The notes under the pieces: generated by a model
What the model saw: only the letters and a program-made list of their open reading frames with translations
What the model was told of the DNA's origin: nothing
Database searches by the model: none
Made by a program: the position numbers and the translations under genes
IMG/VR virus record: IMGVR_UViG_3300024336_000005
Coordinates: 62,001-126,000 of that record
Reading direction: 5' to 3' (one strand)
Length of the DNA stretch: 64,000 nucleotides
In this document: one piece after another, positions 47,319-54,687 of the stretch
Layout: every line of letters begins with the position of its first letter
Position numbering within the stretch: the first letter of the stretch is position 1

Positions 47319-47493
47319 ATTGAACTGAAGAGATCTAGGTTATCACTATAAAGGCTCGGCCCTCTTAACAGAGGTTTGCAGGTTCGAATCCTGTCGATCC
47401 GAAAGGATCGTGGCGAAATGGTAAACGCACCGAATATAAGTACCGGGGACCTTGAAAGAGGAATCCAATCTCCTAACTCGTCCCTTGTTCAAT
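47319..47493 (+). ncRNA. putative Y RNA 4, YrlA-type with permuted tRNA domain
   Basis: ATTGAACTGA/TTGTTCAAT; T-arm GCAGG-TTCGAAT-CCTGT, CGATCC-GAAA-GGATCG, D-arm GCG-AAATGGTAAA-CGC. Confidence 0.85.
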
Positions 47494-47498
47494 GATTT

Positions 47499-47583
47499 GG
47501 CTCTCAGGTTCCACGGTGGGACAACCGGCTGTAAACCGGTCGCGTTAAATCGCTACTAGGTTCGATTCCTAGGGGAGCCACCA
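47499..47583 (+). tRNA. trnY: tRNA-Tyr(GUA)
   Basis: ACCGG-CTGTAAA-CCGGT, variable arm, ACCA; extended D stem. Confidence 0.88.
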
Positions 47584-47584
47584 C

Positions 47585-47737
47585 GAAAGTCTGGTAGCAG
47601 TTCAGGATGTTTCCCTTAAGGCTCCTGGAGTGGGTGCAACTCCTATACTTTCATTAGAGGAGCTTATAGCCTGCAGGCTTGTAAGAGCGACAGTGTGGCC
47701 ACACTGTGATAGGGTTTGAGTCCCTGTGCCTCTGCCA
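47585..47737 (+). other. two degenerate tRNA-like elements (about 47585-47651 and 47656-47737)
   Basis: acceptor-like ends and T-like arms (GTGGG-TGCAACT-CCTAT; TAGGG-TTTGAGT-CCCTG, GCCA) but no canonical anticodon arm. Confidence 0.4.
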
Positions 47738-47740
47738 CAA

Positions 47741-47774
47741 TCGGAAGTAGTCTAATTGGCAAAACAGGGGCCTC
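47741..47774 (+). pseudogene. 5' half of a split tRNA (identity uncertain, possibly Gln)
   Basis: TCGGAAG-TA-GTCTAATTGGC; pairs 7/7 with CTTCCGA at 48652-48658. Confidence 0.8.
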
Positions 47775-47777
47775 GTG

Positions 47778-48488
47778 CTACTTGAGCCATTTGCGAATAG
47801 CATTATCAGTAACTCCGTAATGTCTTCCTGTTTTAGAATATCCCCATAGCTTTATTTGATCCAATAGAACTTCCTTGGAGGGTCTATTCAAAACCTTACG
47901 TCTTGAGTGGTCTGCCTGCCTTGCACAAGATCTACACCTAGCGGCTGTTGCTGAAATTTTTTCTTGACAGTCTTGACAATGATTTTGCTTCTTTTTGTGC
48001 GAAACATTTCGTCCAGCAAAGGTGGCCGTCTGGCTATTGCAATTAGGACAAAGAAAGCGCAAATTCTCTAATCTATGATCATTATTAATTCCATTGATGT
48101 GATCAAGAATTAATACAAGTAATTCTTCATTCCAAATATTGTTTTGCTTGCACAAGAGGCATTCATAAGGAATTACGCCCTCTTTTAGGATGCGTTGCTT
48201 AAGAGTGCCACGGCTGTAGGATGAATTCTTAATCATGTATTCCTCAAGGGGCTTGCCTCTTGAGGATGAAACCAGCCTTCTTGCTTCATTGTTTGTAAGA
48301 TCAATCCTAATTAATTCTTCTTGTAGGCAATATTTAATTGCTAATTCCTTTAGGATTCTGTATGTAGACCCACAGCGATTGGCAATGTTTAGGATCTCTA
48401 AAGCCTGGGCTCTCGATTCTGCTTGTTGTATTGCAGAAATAAATTCTATTTTGGGGACTTTATACAGGGGATGACTTTTCTTTCTCAT
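47778..48488 (-). CDS. HNH homing endonuclease (antisense, AT-rich)
   Basis: LILDHINGINNDHRLENLRFLCPNCNSQ; start set at MRKKSH with AGGAG RBS. Confidence 0.9.
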   Translation of the reverse strand: MRKKSHPLYKVPKIEFISAIQQAESRAQALEILNIANRCGSTYRILKELAIKYCLQEELIRIDLTNNEARRLVSSSRGKPLEEYMIKNSSYSRGTLKQRILKEGVIPYECLLCKQNNIWNEELLVLILDHINGINNDHRLENLRFLCPNCNSQTATFAGRNVSHKKKQNHCQDCQEKISATAARCRSCARQADHSRRKVLNRPSKEVLLDQIKLWGYSKTGRHYGVTDNAIRKWLK

Positions 48489-48500
48489 GATACTCCTTGA

Positions 48501-48583
48501 TCGGGGGTGATGAAACTGGCATATATGCTCGACTCTGAATCGAGTGCTTCGGCGTGAGGGTTCGAATCCCTCCTCCCGATCCA
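48501..48583 (+). tRNA. tRNA with CUG (Gln) anticodon on a class II (Leu/Ser-like) body
   Basis: CTCGA-CTCTGAA-TCGAG, variable arm TGCTTCGGCGT, U73, CCA. Confidence 0.85.
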
Positions 48584-48596
48584 ATGCATATTTGTT

Positions 48597-48625
48597 ATTA
48601 TATGGCAAAGTACAAATAATAGCAA
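48597..48625 (-). promoter_or_regulatory. sigma70-type promoter for antisense HNH
   Basis: TTGCTA-17bp-TATAAT on minus strand. Confidence 0.7.
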
Positions 48626-48630
48626 TATAT

Positions 48631-48662
48631 GTTTGCAGGTTCAAGTCCTGCCTTCCGAACCA
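48631..48662 (+). pseudogene. 3' half of split tRNA
   Basis: GCAGG-TTCAAGT-CCTGC, CTTCCGA-A-CCA. Confidence 0.8.
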
Positions 48663-48675
48663 TTAAGGAGATAAG

Positions 48676-48906
48676 ATGGATGCCTTAAGGGCGATCAAAG
48701 AGCATCAGTGGACGATTGAGCGCAAAGATAGTGACGTTCTGATAAGCATCCAAGGTAATCTGTCGTCAGATCACTTTGGTGATCTTAAGGACATGATTGA
48801 TGAGTTTTTGAGAGAGAAGTGTGAATGTGAGTCTTGTCAGGCTCCTGTTTATCTTTCAATGGAACTCTGTTCCCGATGCCATGTCTCTGAATATGGGCCA
48901 GCATAG
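48676..48906 (+). CDS. hypothetical protein
   Basis: AAGGAG RBS. Confidence 0.7.
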   Translation: MDALRAIKEHQWTIERKDSDVLISIQGNLSSDHFGDLKDMIDEFLREKCECESCQAPVYLSMELCSRCHVSEYGPA

Positions 48907-49055
48907 GCCCACAAAGATGGAGCTTCATCTAACCAATAGAGCCTGAACAATGATTACACTCGCATAGAGTGTTCACAGGCATGTGGCAACAAGGTAAATA
49001 CAGTATCCTGAATGAAACCTGTAGCAAATGATGAATACGCTACAAAACTGTATAT

Positions 49056-49131
49056 GGGAAGCTAACTCAATTGGCAGAGTAACGGGCTCTTACCCCGTAG
49101 GTTCTCGGTTCGAATCCGAGGCTTCCCACCA
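49056..49131 (+). tRNA. trnK: tRNA-Lys(CUU)
   Basis: ACGGG-CTCTTAC-CCCGT, ACCA. Confidence 0.93.
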
Positions 49132-49132
49132 T

Positions 49133-49250
49133 TTGAACTGAAGGATATTGGTTATCTTTTCTGAACAAAAACGTGCTGGGTTCGATTCCCAGGGGTTCCA
49201 TAAGGGGCCCGCAGGCGCCTAGTAAACTTCCGATTCCACCCCTTGTTCAA
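49133..49250 (+). ncRNA. putative Y RNA 5, YrlA-type
   Basis: TTGAACTGA/TTGTTCAA; T-arm CTGGG-TTCGATT-CCCAG then closed stem GGGTTCC-ATAA-GGGGCCC. Confidence 0.8.
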
Positions 49251-49451
49251 TTCATTCTAAAAGTTCCTATACAAATCTCAAAAAAGTCAGAAAAATATTT
49301 TGGGCTTTTGAAAAGATCTTTTCACCGTTCGAAAGGTGAAAAGGAACGCCTTAATCTAGCTACAACGAGTGGTTGTTTCAGTTCATCCCATCTCAATAGT
49401 TAGTTGCTGTCTCTAAATCAACTGAATAAAAGCAGCAAAGATTAAGGTCAT

Positions 49452-49525
49452 CGAGGTGCGCGCGCCTGGGCTGTGCGAGAGGATTGTCTATCCTCTGTGG
49501 GCGGGTTCGATTCCCGTCACCTCGG
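49452..49525 (+). tRNA. trnD: tRNA-Asp(GUC), atypical D arm
   Basis: CGAGGTG/CACCTCG, GAGGA-TTGTCTA-TCCTC, G73. Confidence 0.8.
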
Positions 49526-49686
49526 CACCCTTACTCCCAGATGGGAGGAGGAATAGTACGAGTTCACGTGGTATTTACACTACGATTATAACCTCTCCGT
49601 TTAAAATACTCCCTGAACTCGTAGTGACAAGTGTGAGTGGGACGCCACGCCTGAATGTATTCGACGGTTTACATTCAGCAACTTGT

Positions 49687-49763
49687 GGGGGAATCGTCAA
49701 GTGGTTTAAGACACCTGCTTTACACGCAGGCATGCGCAGGTTCGACTCCTGCTTCCCCTACCA
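49687..49763 (+). tRNA. trnV: tRNA-Val(UAC)
   Basis: CCTGC-TTTACAC-GCAGG, ACCA. Confidence 0.92.
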
Positions 49764-49985
49764 ATACTTTACGTTAAGTAGATCCCATACTGCATGATCC
49801 AGTGTGGCTCAAGCTGTACACTTGAGATAGGTGGTATTGCACCATCAAGCCTGAATACAAGGCAGGTCATAACTATATCTTCCCTGCCGTTGGCGGTCAG
49901 TCATCAACCTCTAAGAATGCCAGGAGGTCGGAAGAAAGTGGAACTGAACGGTGTGATGTTCCAGCTATTTCTTTAAGGAGGAAGA

Positions 49986-50189
49986 ATGAGTGGTAAGATA
50001 ACTAAGAGTGCATATGTTCAGCTAATAAAAGAAAATATTGCATGGTTAAAGACCATGCCTAGGACCCTAGAGCGAAACCATATTATGCTTATAGTTGAAA
50101 AGTCTATTGACTTTTACTACCCCACTTCCCATCCCCATTTTGAAAGTGTTCAACCTCATGGCAAGTTGGGCACAGGATCTTTAGATTAG
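49986..50189 (+). CDS. small hypothetical protein (3' end overlaps HNH tail)
   Basis: AGGAGG RBS. Confidence 0.7.
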   Translation: MSGKITKSAYVQLIKENIAWLKTMPRTLERNHIMLIVEKSIDFYYPTSHPHFESVQPHGKLGTGSLD

Positions 50190-50628
50190 ATAAAGAACTA
50201 TTTGCTCTGTCACGATCTTTATGGTGGACATGAAGAACCTCTGGCACTTGGTTGAAGCCACATTCAGAGCACTGATGGGGCAAATGCTTGAAAGCTAACT
50301 TGCGATACTCTACTCCTCCCTTCCAAGAGCCATGATTTTCATTGCTTCGGAAATGGGTATTAGAACATCCGTAAGAGCAGGTTGTTGTTTCTTTTGGGTG
50401 TCCCTTTAGTGTTTCAAATTCTTTTGAGCATACAGGGCATTCCTTAGTTACCTTAAGATATTTTCTTCTATCTCTAGAGCTTTTGTACCTATCGAAATGA
50501 GAGGTGTCAAAAGGCTCGCAATCTTTTTTAGCCTTTCTTGTTCCAGATCCATTTAATGGATATCCGATATATCTACAAATATCTGAATAAGAATTGAAGG
50601 TACTGATAAGGTTTTGTGTAAGTTTCAT
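50104..50628 (-). CDS. HNH homing endonuclease, paralog of 46247-46795
   Basis: shared KEFETLKGHPKE..CS and HH.(N/D)RD...NL.ILCPTCH. Confidence 0.9.
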   Translation of the reverse strand: MKLTQNLISTFNSYSDICRYIGYPLNGSGTRKAKKDCEPFDTSHFDRYKSSRDRRKYLKVTKECPVCSKEFETLKGHPKETTTCSYGCSNTHFRSNENHGSWKGGVEYRKLAFKHLPHQCSECGFNQVPEVLHVHHKDRDRANSSLSNLKILCPTCHEVEHFQNGDGKWGSKSQ

Positions 50629-50640
50629 TTTTTCTCCTAT

Positions 50641-50719
50641 CTGCGCGTAGCTCAGTCTGGTTTAGAGTAACCGCCTTGGAAGCGGTAAGTCGTTGGTTCA
50701 AATCCAACCGTGCAGACCA
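50641..50719 (+). tRNA. trnP: tRNA-Pro(UGG)
   Basis: ACCGC-CTTGGAA-GCGGT, ACCA. Confidence 0.93.
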
Positions 50720-50737
50720 AAATATTCAATATTCCTT

Positions 50738-50765
50738 ATTATAACACAGACTTTTGTCTTGTCAA
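50738..50765 (-). promoter_or_regulatory. consensus sigma70 promoter for antisense HNH
   Basis: TTGACA-16bp-TATAAT with TG extended -10 on minus strand. Confidence 0.8.
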
Positions 50766-50780
50766 TAAGATTTGAATTAA

Positions 50781-50868
50781 CTAGCGAGCGGGCGGTGGAC
50801 GCCCAACCGTGCTGTACAGCGGTGGTGCTTTGATGCACAACTGGGTTCGATTCCTAGGCGCTAGACCA
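50781..50868 (+). tRNA. Tyr-like class II tRNA with 8-nt anticodon loop
   Basis: ACCGT-GCTGTACA-GCGGT, GTGC..GCAC arm, 5-bp D stem, ACCA. Confidence 0.65.
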
Positions 50869-50975
50869 CTGAAGAAGGAATCAAGAATGGATTGGGTCCC
50901 GTCTGAAATAGAAAATTACGTCCTAAAGGCAATGTATGGCCAAGAATTCTTCTATTGGCATCAAGAGGCAAAGAA

Positions 50976-51272
50976 ATGAAGCAAACCCTTATTGAATCCT
51001 TCCCTACAATTAAAGAGATGGAAGAAAAAGAGAAGAAGCGACAGATGGAGGCAAGCCAAGCAGTAGCGAACTATTGCACAAGGATTGGGAATCTCTTAAG
51101 AGATAAAGATGGATTTCCCCCCTACAGGATTGCTGAGCCAGCATTCCGAATCTCACCCGCTGTCCCCGTGAATCTTGCTCTTGTGTGGTTGAATGCCAAT
51201 ACGGAGTGGACGGTAACATTTGAAGCCGGAGATCGCGGGCGTGGGCACTATGTGTTCACTTTTCAGGAATAG
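50976..51272 (+). CDS. hypothetical protein
   Basis: ORF. Confidence 0.7.
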   Translation: MKQTLIESFPTIKEMEEKEKKRQMEASQAVANYCTRIGNLLRDKDGFPPYRIAEPAFRISPAVPVNLALVWLNANTEWTVTFEAGDRGRGHYVFTFQE

Positions 51273-51275
51273 AGA

Positions 51276-51461
51276 ATGATTATTCTACTTCTTGTCATCC
51301 TAATTGTAGTGTGTATACTCTCTATTATTGGGTTTCTTTCCTTGGAGGAAAGGGTAAGCAAGGGGGAGAGTGAGCGTGCGGCGATGAGGGTTCTCCTCTT
51401 TAATGAGGAGAAGGATCCTGTGATAGATGTATCTTATACAGAAAGAGGCCGGTATGGATGA
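51276..51461 (+). CDS. small membrane protein
   Basis: TM segment. Confidence 0.65.
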   Translation: MIILLLVILIVVCILSIIGFLSLEERVSKGESERAAMRVLLFNEEKDPVIDVSYTERGRYG

Positions 51462-51729
51462 TGTGATTGTTTCTGCAGCTGAGATGAGAGATAAGATGGT
51501 GGATGTAACTAATGAAGCCAACCGGGGCTTCTTGATTAAGTTGATGACTGACATCTCAATTGCTGCCGCTGCCGGTAAGGGATGTCTTTACTCGTATGAG
51601 ACTCAAGCAATCAAGAGAGTCGCTCTCCACTTAGAGCAAGCAGGATACACTCTTAAGTATGACAACTATCAGGATGAAAGAGATCCTGGTTCCAGAGCTA
51701 GCTATTGTATCACTTGGGGAAAGAGTTAG
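51454..51729 (+). CDS. hypothetical protein
   Basis: overlap; start corrected. Confidence 0.7.
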   Translation: MDDVIVSAAEMRDKMVDVTNEANRGFLIKLMTDISIAAAAGKGCLYSYETQAIKRVALHLEQAGYTLKYDNYQDERDPGSRASYCITWGKS

Positions 51730-51736
51730 GAACATA

Positions 51737-52033
51737 ATGGATTTGCAAATTGGGAACATCTTTGAGTCTGAAAAGCTGTGCAAGAAGCATGGCCTCTACG
51801 GAGCAAAGTTCCTTTGTGTAGGCGTCGAACACATTAGCGCTCGCGATGGCATGGGCGGCATGGATCAAGGCTCTCCTGCTAGCACTATACTCCGGTATCG
51901 TCTGGCCATCAATGGTAGCCTTAGCGGACAAACTCATATGCTAGAATGGAGTGGCTGGCATCCTAAGGACAAGCAATTTGAACCAGATGCAATCGTTGGT
52001 CAAGCCGAGTGGAAGCTTCCAGAATTGACCTAA
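51737..52033 (+). CDS. hypothetical protein
   Basis: start corrected. Confidence 0.7.
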   Translation: MDLQIGNIFESEKLCKKHGLYGAKFLCVGVEHISARDGMGGMDQGSPASTILRYRLAINGSLSGQTHMLEWSGWHPKDKQFEPDAIVGQAEWKLPELT

Positions 52034-52038
52034 GACAT

Positions 52039-52121
52039 GTGCCCTTTGGCGGAATGGTAGACGCACGTAATGGTCCCCTCCGGCTTAGAGGGGTGCAGGT
52101 TCGACTCCTGTAAGGGTGCCA
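52039..52121 (+). ncRNA. tRNA-like RNA lacking a normal anticodon arm
   Basis: acceptor, Leu-type D arm and T arm present; only CGTAATGGT then CCCCTC-CGGCTTA-GAGGGG. Confidence 0.6.
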
Positions 52122-52129
52122 TAAAATAA

Positions 52130-52215
52130 GGCTTGGTGGTGAAACTGGTAGACGCACCAGGCTCAAACCCTGGCGGGGTGAAAGCTCCGTGTCGGTTCGA
52201 TTCCGACCCAAGTCA
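52130..52215 (+). tRNA. trnL: tRNA-Leu(CAA)
   Basis: CCAGG-CTCAAAC-CCTGG, variable arm. Confidence 0.92.
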
Positions 52216-52218
52216 CAC

Positions 52219-52638
52219 ATGAAAGAAATTGAAATGCATATTGATAAGCAATTCTTAGTAAAGCGTAAGGCCTGCCAGCCACAAGTAGATTTATTTGTTG
52301 AGGCTTTTGGGGAGAAGGCTTCCGTTGAGGTGACTACAGAGAACCTCAAGAAAGCCTTCGCTGTTGGACTTGATGTTAGATGGCTGACTGGTCAGTTTAC
52401 TGAGCTCAAGCCCCTGCTAACAGGAAAGTTTGAGTCTTCTGAGATTGTAATCTACTTCCAAGATGGCTTGTTTCATCGTGAAGATGGTCCTGCCATCCAA
52501 TGGAAGGATGGCAATGGAAAGTTTTGGTATCGTCATGGAAAGTCCCACAGGACAGATGGTCCTGCAAGGATGACCCCATGGGGGGACAGCTGGTGGGTTG
52601 ATGGGGTTAAGCAACCCGCTCCCACTGATAAGACTTAA
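52219..52638 (+). CDS. hypothetical protein with HRxDGPA repeats
   Basis: FHREDGPAI, SHRTDGPAR; start corrected. Confidence 0.8.
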   Translation: MKEIEMHIDKQFLVKRKACQPQVDLFVEAFGEKASVEVTTENLKKAFAVGLDVRWLTGQFTELKPLLTGKFESSEIVIYFQDGLFHREDGPAIQWKDGNGKFWYRHGKSHRTDGPARMTPWGDSWWVDGVKQPAPTDKT

Positions 52639-52705
52639 AGCTGAGAGGAAAGCCCCATATTCTAGGAAGCCTTGACAGTTCGGAGAGACGAACGCTTTAT
52701 CTTAT

Positions 52706-53039
52706 CCAGGAGGTGGGCTTAGAAGCAGCCATCCTTTAAAGAGTGGGCATAGATGAAGCTTAACCGATTGATCTTATCTAATCATGACACGGATAGGAGA
52801 AGCTTAAGTTAGCACCTCTCAATAAATTCGAATTGGACCCAGGTTGGCTTCCTGGTTGGCCTTTACGAGAGAGTCTTGTAAGAAAGCGGGAAGAGACTTA
52901 GTCAGTCTTATAAAGAGAGCGAAACCGAACGCAACTCTTTGTTCTATTTTAGAACTGGTGTGAATCCTATGACGGGATGTATTTGGTTAACAAACGAGAG
53001 AATTGACTCTGCCCTCCTTTTAGCGTAATAGCACACTGG
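52706..53039 (+). ncRNA. 23S rRNA H43-H44 (uL11-binding GTPase centre) mimic with 278-nt insertion
   Basis: CCAGGAGGTGGGCTTAGAAGCAGCCATCCTTTAAAGAGT [insert 52745-53022] GCGTAATAGCACACTGG; no other rRNA sequence nearby. Confidence 0.85.
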
Positions 53040-53051
53040 ATAGATAACTTT

Positions 53052-53137
53052 GGCCGGGTGGTGGAACGGTATTCACACTGCGCTTAGAACGCAGCGCCCT
53101 TACGGGATTGAGAGTTCGAATCTCTCCTCGGCTACCA
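53052..53137 (+). tRNA. trnL: tRNA-Leu(UAG)
   Basis: CTGCG-CTTAGAA-CGCAG, ACCA. Confidence 0.93.
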
Positions 53138-53152
53138 TTAGAAAGAGATAAA

Positions 53153-53344
53153 ATGTTTCCAATAGTAAGACTCCTTGACGGAAGAGTTGCGCGTTTTGTT
53201 ATAGAGATGCGTGCCTATCCATCCCACATTGATAGATTCCAAACTCTTGGCAAGAACTCTCAGCAATTAGACCTCCCAGTTGAAGGGTGGACACTGGATG
53301 GTATTGAAAACCATCCAGAAAACCTCCAGTACAAAGAAAGATAA
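53153..53344 (+). CDS. hypothetical protein
   Basis: start corrected. Confidence 0.55.
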   Translation: MFPIVRLLDGRVARFVIEMRAYPSHIDRFQTLGKNSQQLDLPVEGWTLDGIENHPENLQYKER

Positions 53345-53347
53345 ACG

Positions 53348-53641
53348 ATGAGATATGTTTTGATGTGCCTTCTCTTCATGGGATGCACTACAGTGACCTT
53401 CCAGTTGGTGCCCACTCCTGCTCCTACTCTTCCTCCCTCGGCTCAGATGTTGATGGAGGATTGCGATGGCGTTACAGCAGATGATATTTATACACTCATT
53501 GAAGTCGAGCCCTGCAAAGGGCTCGTTCAGATGAGAGAACAAAGACTGTTAGATGCAGAGAGAATTTGTGAAGAATACTGCACTGAAAAAGATTGGTGCC
53601 ATGATCCAGATGAACGATTCGATTACGAAAGGGTAGAATAA
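53348..53641 (+). CDS. putative lipoprotein
   Basis: lipobox FMGC. Confidence 0.7.
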   Translation: MRYVLMCLLFMGCTTVTFQLVPTPAPTLPPSAQMLMEDCDGVTADDIYTLIEVEPCKGLVQMREQRLLDAERICEEYCTEKDWCHDPDERFDYERVE

Positions 53642-54369
53642 TGAAGTTGAACCAAGCTCTAGCCATTGAGACTGGCACGAAGACTAACACCAAGAGGAAG
53701 ATGACTGATCTTTACAAGCTGATTCAGAAGGCTTCTGCCTTTAATGGATTCGTAAAGACCTACGAGCCTCGAGCTGAAGATGGGATTGAGTTCCCGTCTG
53801 AGTCACAGGTTGTGCAGACGACCGCAGAGGAGGCTCTGCGGGGCGTCCTTGAGGCATCAGAGGAGCTGGTAAACATCACTGCTACGATTGCTTTCTCTAA
53901 CCTTTCTGCTCTTGCGGATGTGGTTGTTGACGGTGAGGTTGTGGCTAAGGATGTTCCTGCCACTCATCTGATCTACTTGGAGAAGCACCTGGCTGAGCTA
54001 GCGACTGTGGTCGCTGCTCTTCCGACGTTGGATCCAAGCAAGCAGTGGACCAAGAATGAAGCCACTGGATACTACGAGACGAAGCCGACAACGACTACTC
54101 GTACTCAGAAGATCCAGGAGGCTCTCGTTCTGTACCCTGCAACTCCTGAGCATCCAGCTCAGACTCAGCTCATCAGCAAGGATGTAGTGATCGGTGACTG
54201 GACTGTGATTTCACAGTCAGGTGCTATCCCTGCTCCTGAGAAGAAGAGGCTACAGAAGAGGGTTCAGTCCCTCCTAGAGGCCACGAAGATTGCTCGCGCC
54301 AAGGCGAACCTGGCTAACGCACCGCGTCAGGACCTGGGCACTGCGGTAAGCAACTTCCTTCTTGCATAA
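53641..54369 (+). CDS. conserved hypothetical protein (KLNQ..A.E.G family)
   Basis: MKLNQALAIETG, TYEPRAEDG, LEKHL, ATPEHPAQ; I recall similar proteins in actinobacteria and phages, function unknown. Confidence 0.85.
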   Translation: MKLNQALAIETGTKTNTKRKMTDLYKLIQKASAFNGFVKTYEPRAEDGIEFPSESQVVQTTAEEALRGVLEASEELVNITATIAFSNLSALADVVVDGEVVAKDVPATHLIYLEKHLAELATVVAALPTLDPSKQWTKNEATGYYETKPTTTTRTQKIQEALVLYPATPEHPAQTQLISKDVVIGDWTVISQSGAIPAPEKKRLQKRVQSLLEATKIARAKANLANAPRQDLGTAVSNFLLA

Positions 54370-54378
54370 GAATTCCGA

Positions 54379-54598
54379 GAGGACAATCTAAGATTTAATC
54401 TTAGACTAAACGTCACTGACATCTAGGTTCGAATCCTAGGCCCGCAACCATGTGCCTGCGCGATGCATCATAAGCAGCTCTTCAATGGGGGAGTGGTGGG
54501 TGAAAGTCCCATGGCACAACATAATGCGGGTTGGCGAAACTGGTATACGCGGGGACTTGTCCCTGTCAGACATGACACTTAAGCTTAAGCTATTCCTC
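54379..54598 (+). ncRNA. circularly permuted tRNA-like RNA on a long stem
   Basis: T-arm + GCCCGCA-ACCA precede TGCGGGT + D-arm; closed by CTGACA/TGTCAG and GAGGA/TCCTC. Confidence 0.8.
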
Positions 54599-54658
54599 TA
54601 CGCTTAGCTTGCTGAATCAATATCTAAATCAACGGATACAATCAAACTATAGGAAGAC

Positions 54659-54686
54659 GAAGGTTGGATTCCTTCCGGGGTGACCA
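54659..54686 (+). other. orphan tRNA 3' fragment
   Basis: GAAGG-TTGGATT-CCTTC, CGGGGTG-A-CCA; no matching 5' half seen nearby. Confidence 0.45.
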
Positions 54687-54687
54687 T

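Noticed and set aside
48489-48644. N-terminal extension of HNH in ORF track; likewise ORFs starting in tRNAs at 39081, 52189, 53108, 28875
   Set aside because: These are translations of tRNA sequence; downstream ATGs with RBS are better starts.
49938-49966. Mini Y stem TGGAACTGA..ATGTTCCA
   Set aside because: Too short, and the 3' strand deviates; could be an ordinary hairpin before an RBS.
52642-52660. RNase P RNA 5' motif (GAGGAAAGCCCC)
   Set aside because: No complementary 3' ..CGGCTT P4 strand or other conserved regions found.
52745-53022. Group I intron within the rRNA mimic
   Set aside because: No convincing P7/R-S core; the AGAGACT segment pairs locally, and the 3' junction lacks an omega-G if the exon resumes at G1091. 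Kept only as a testable alternative.
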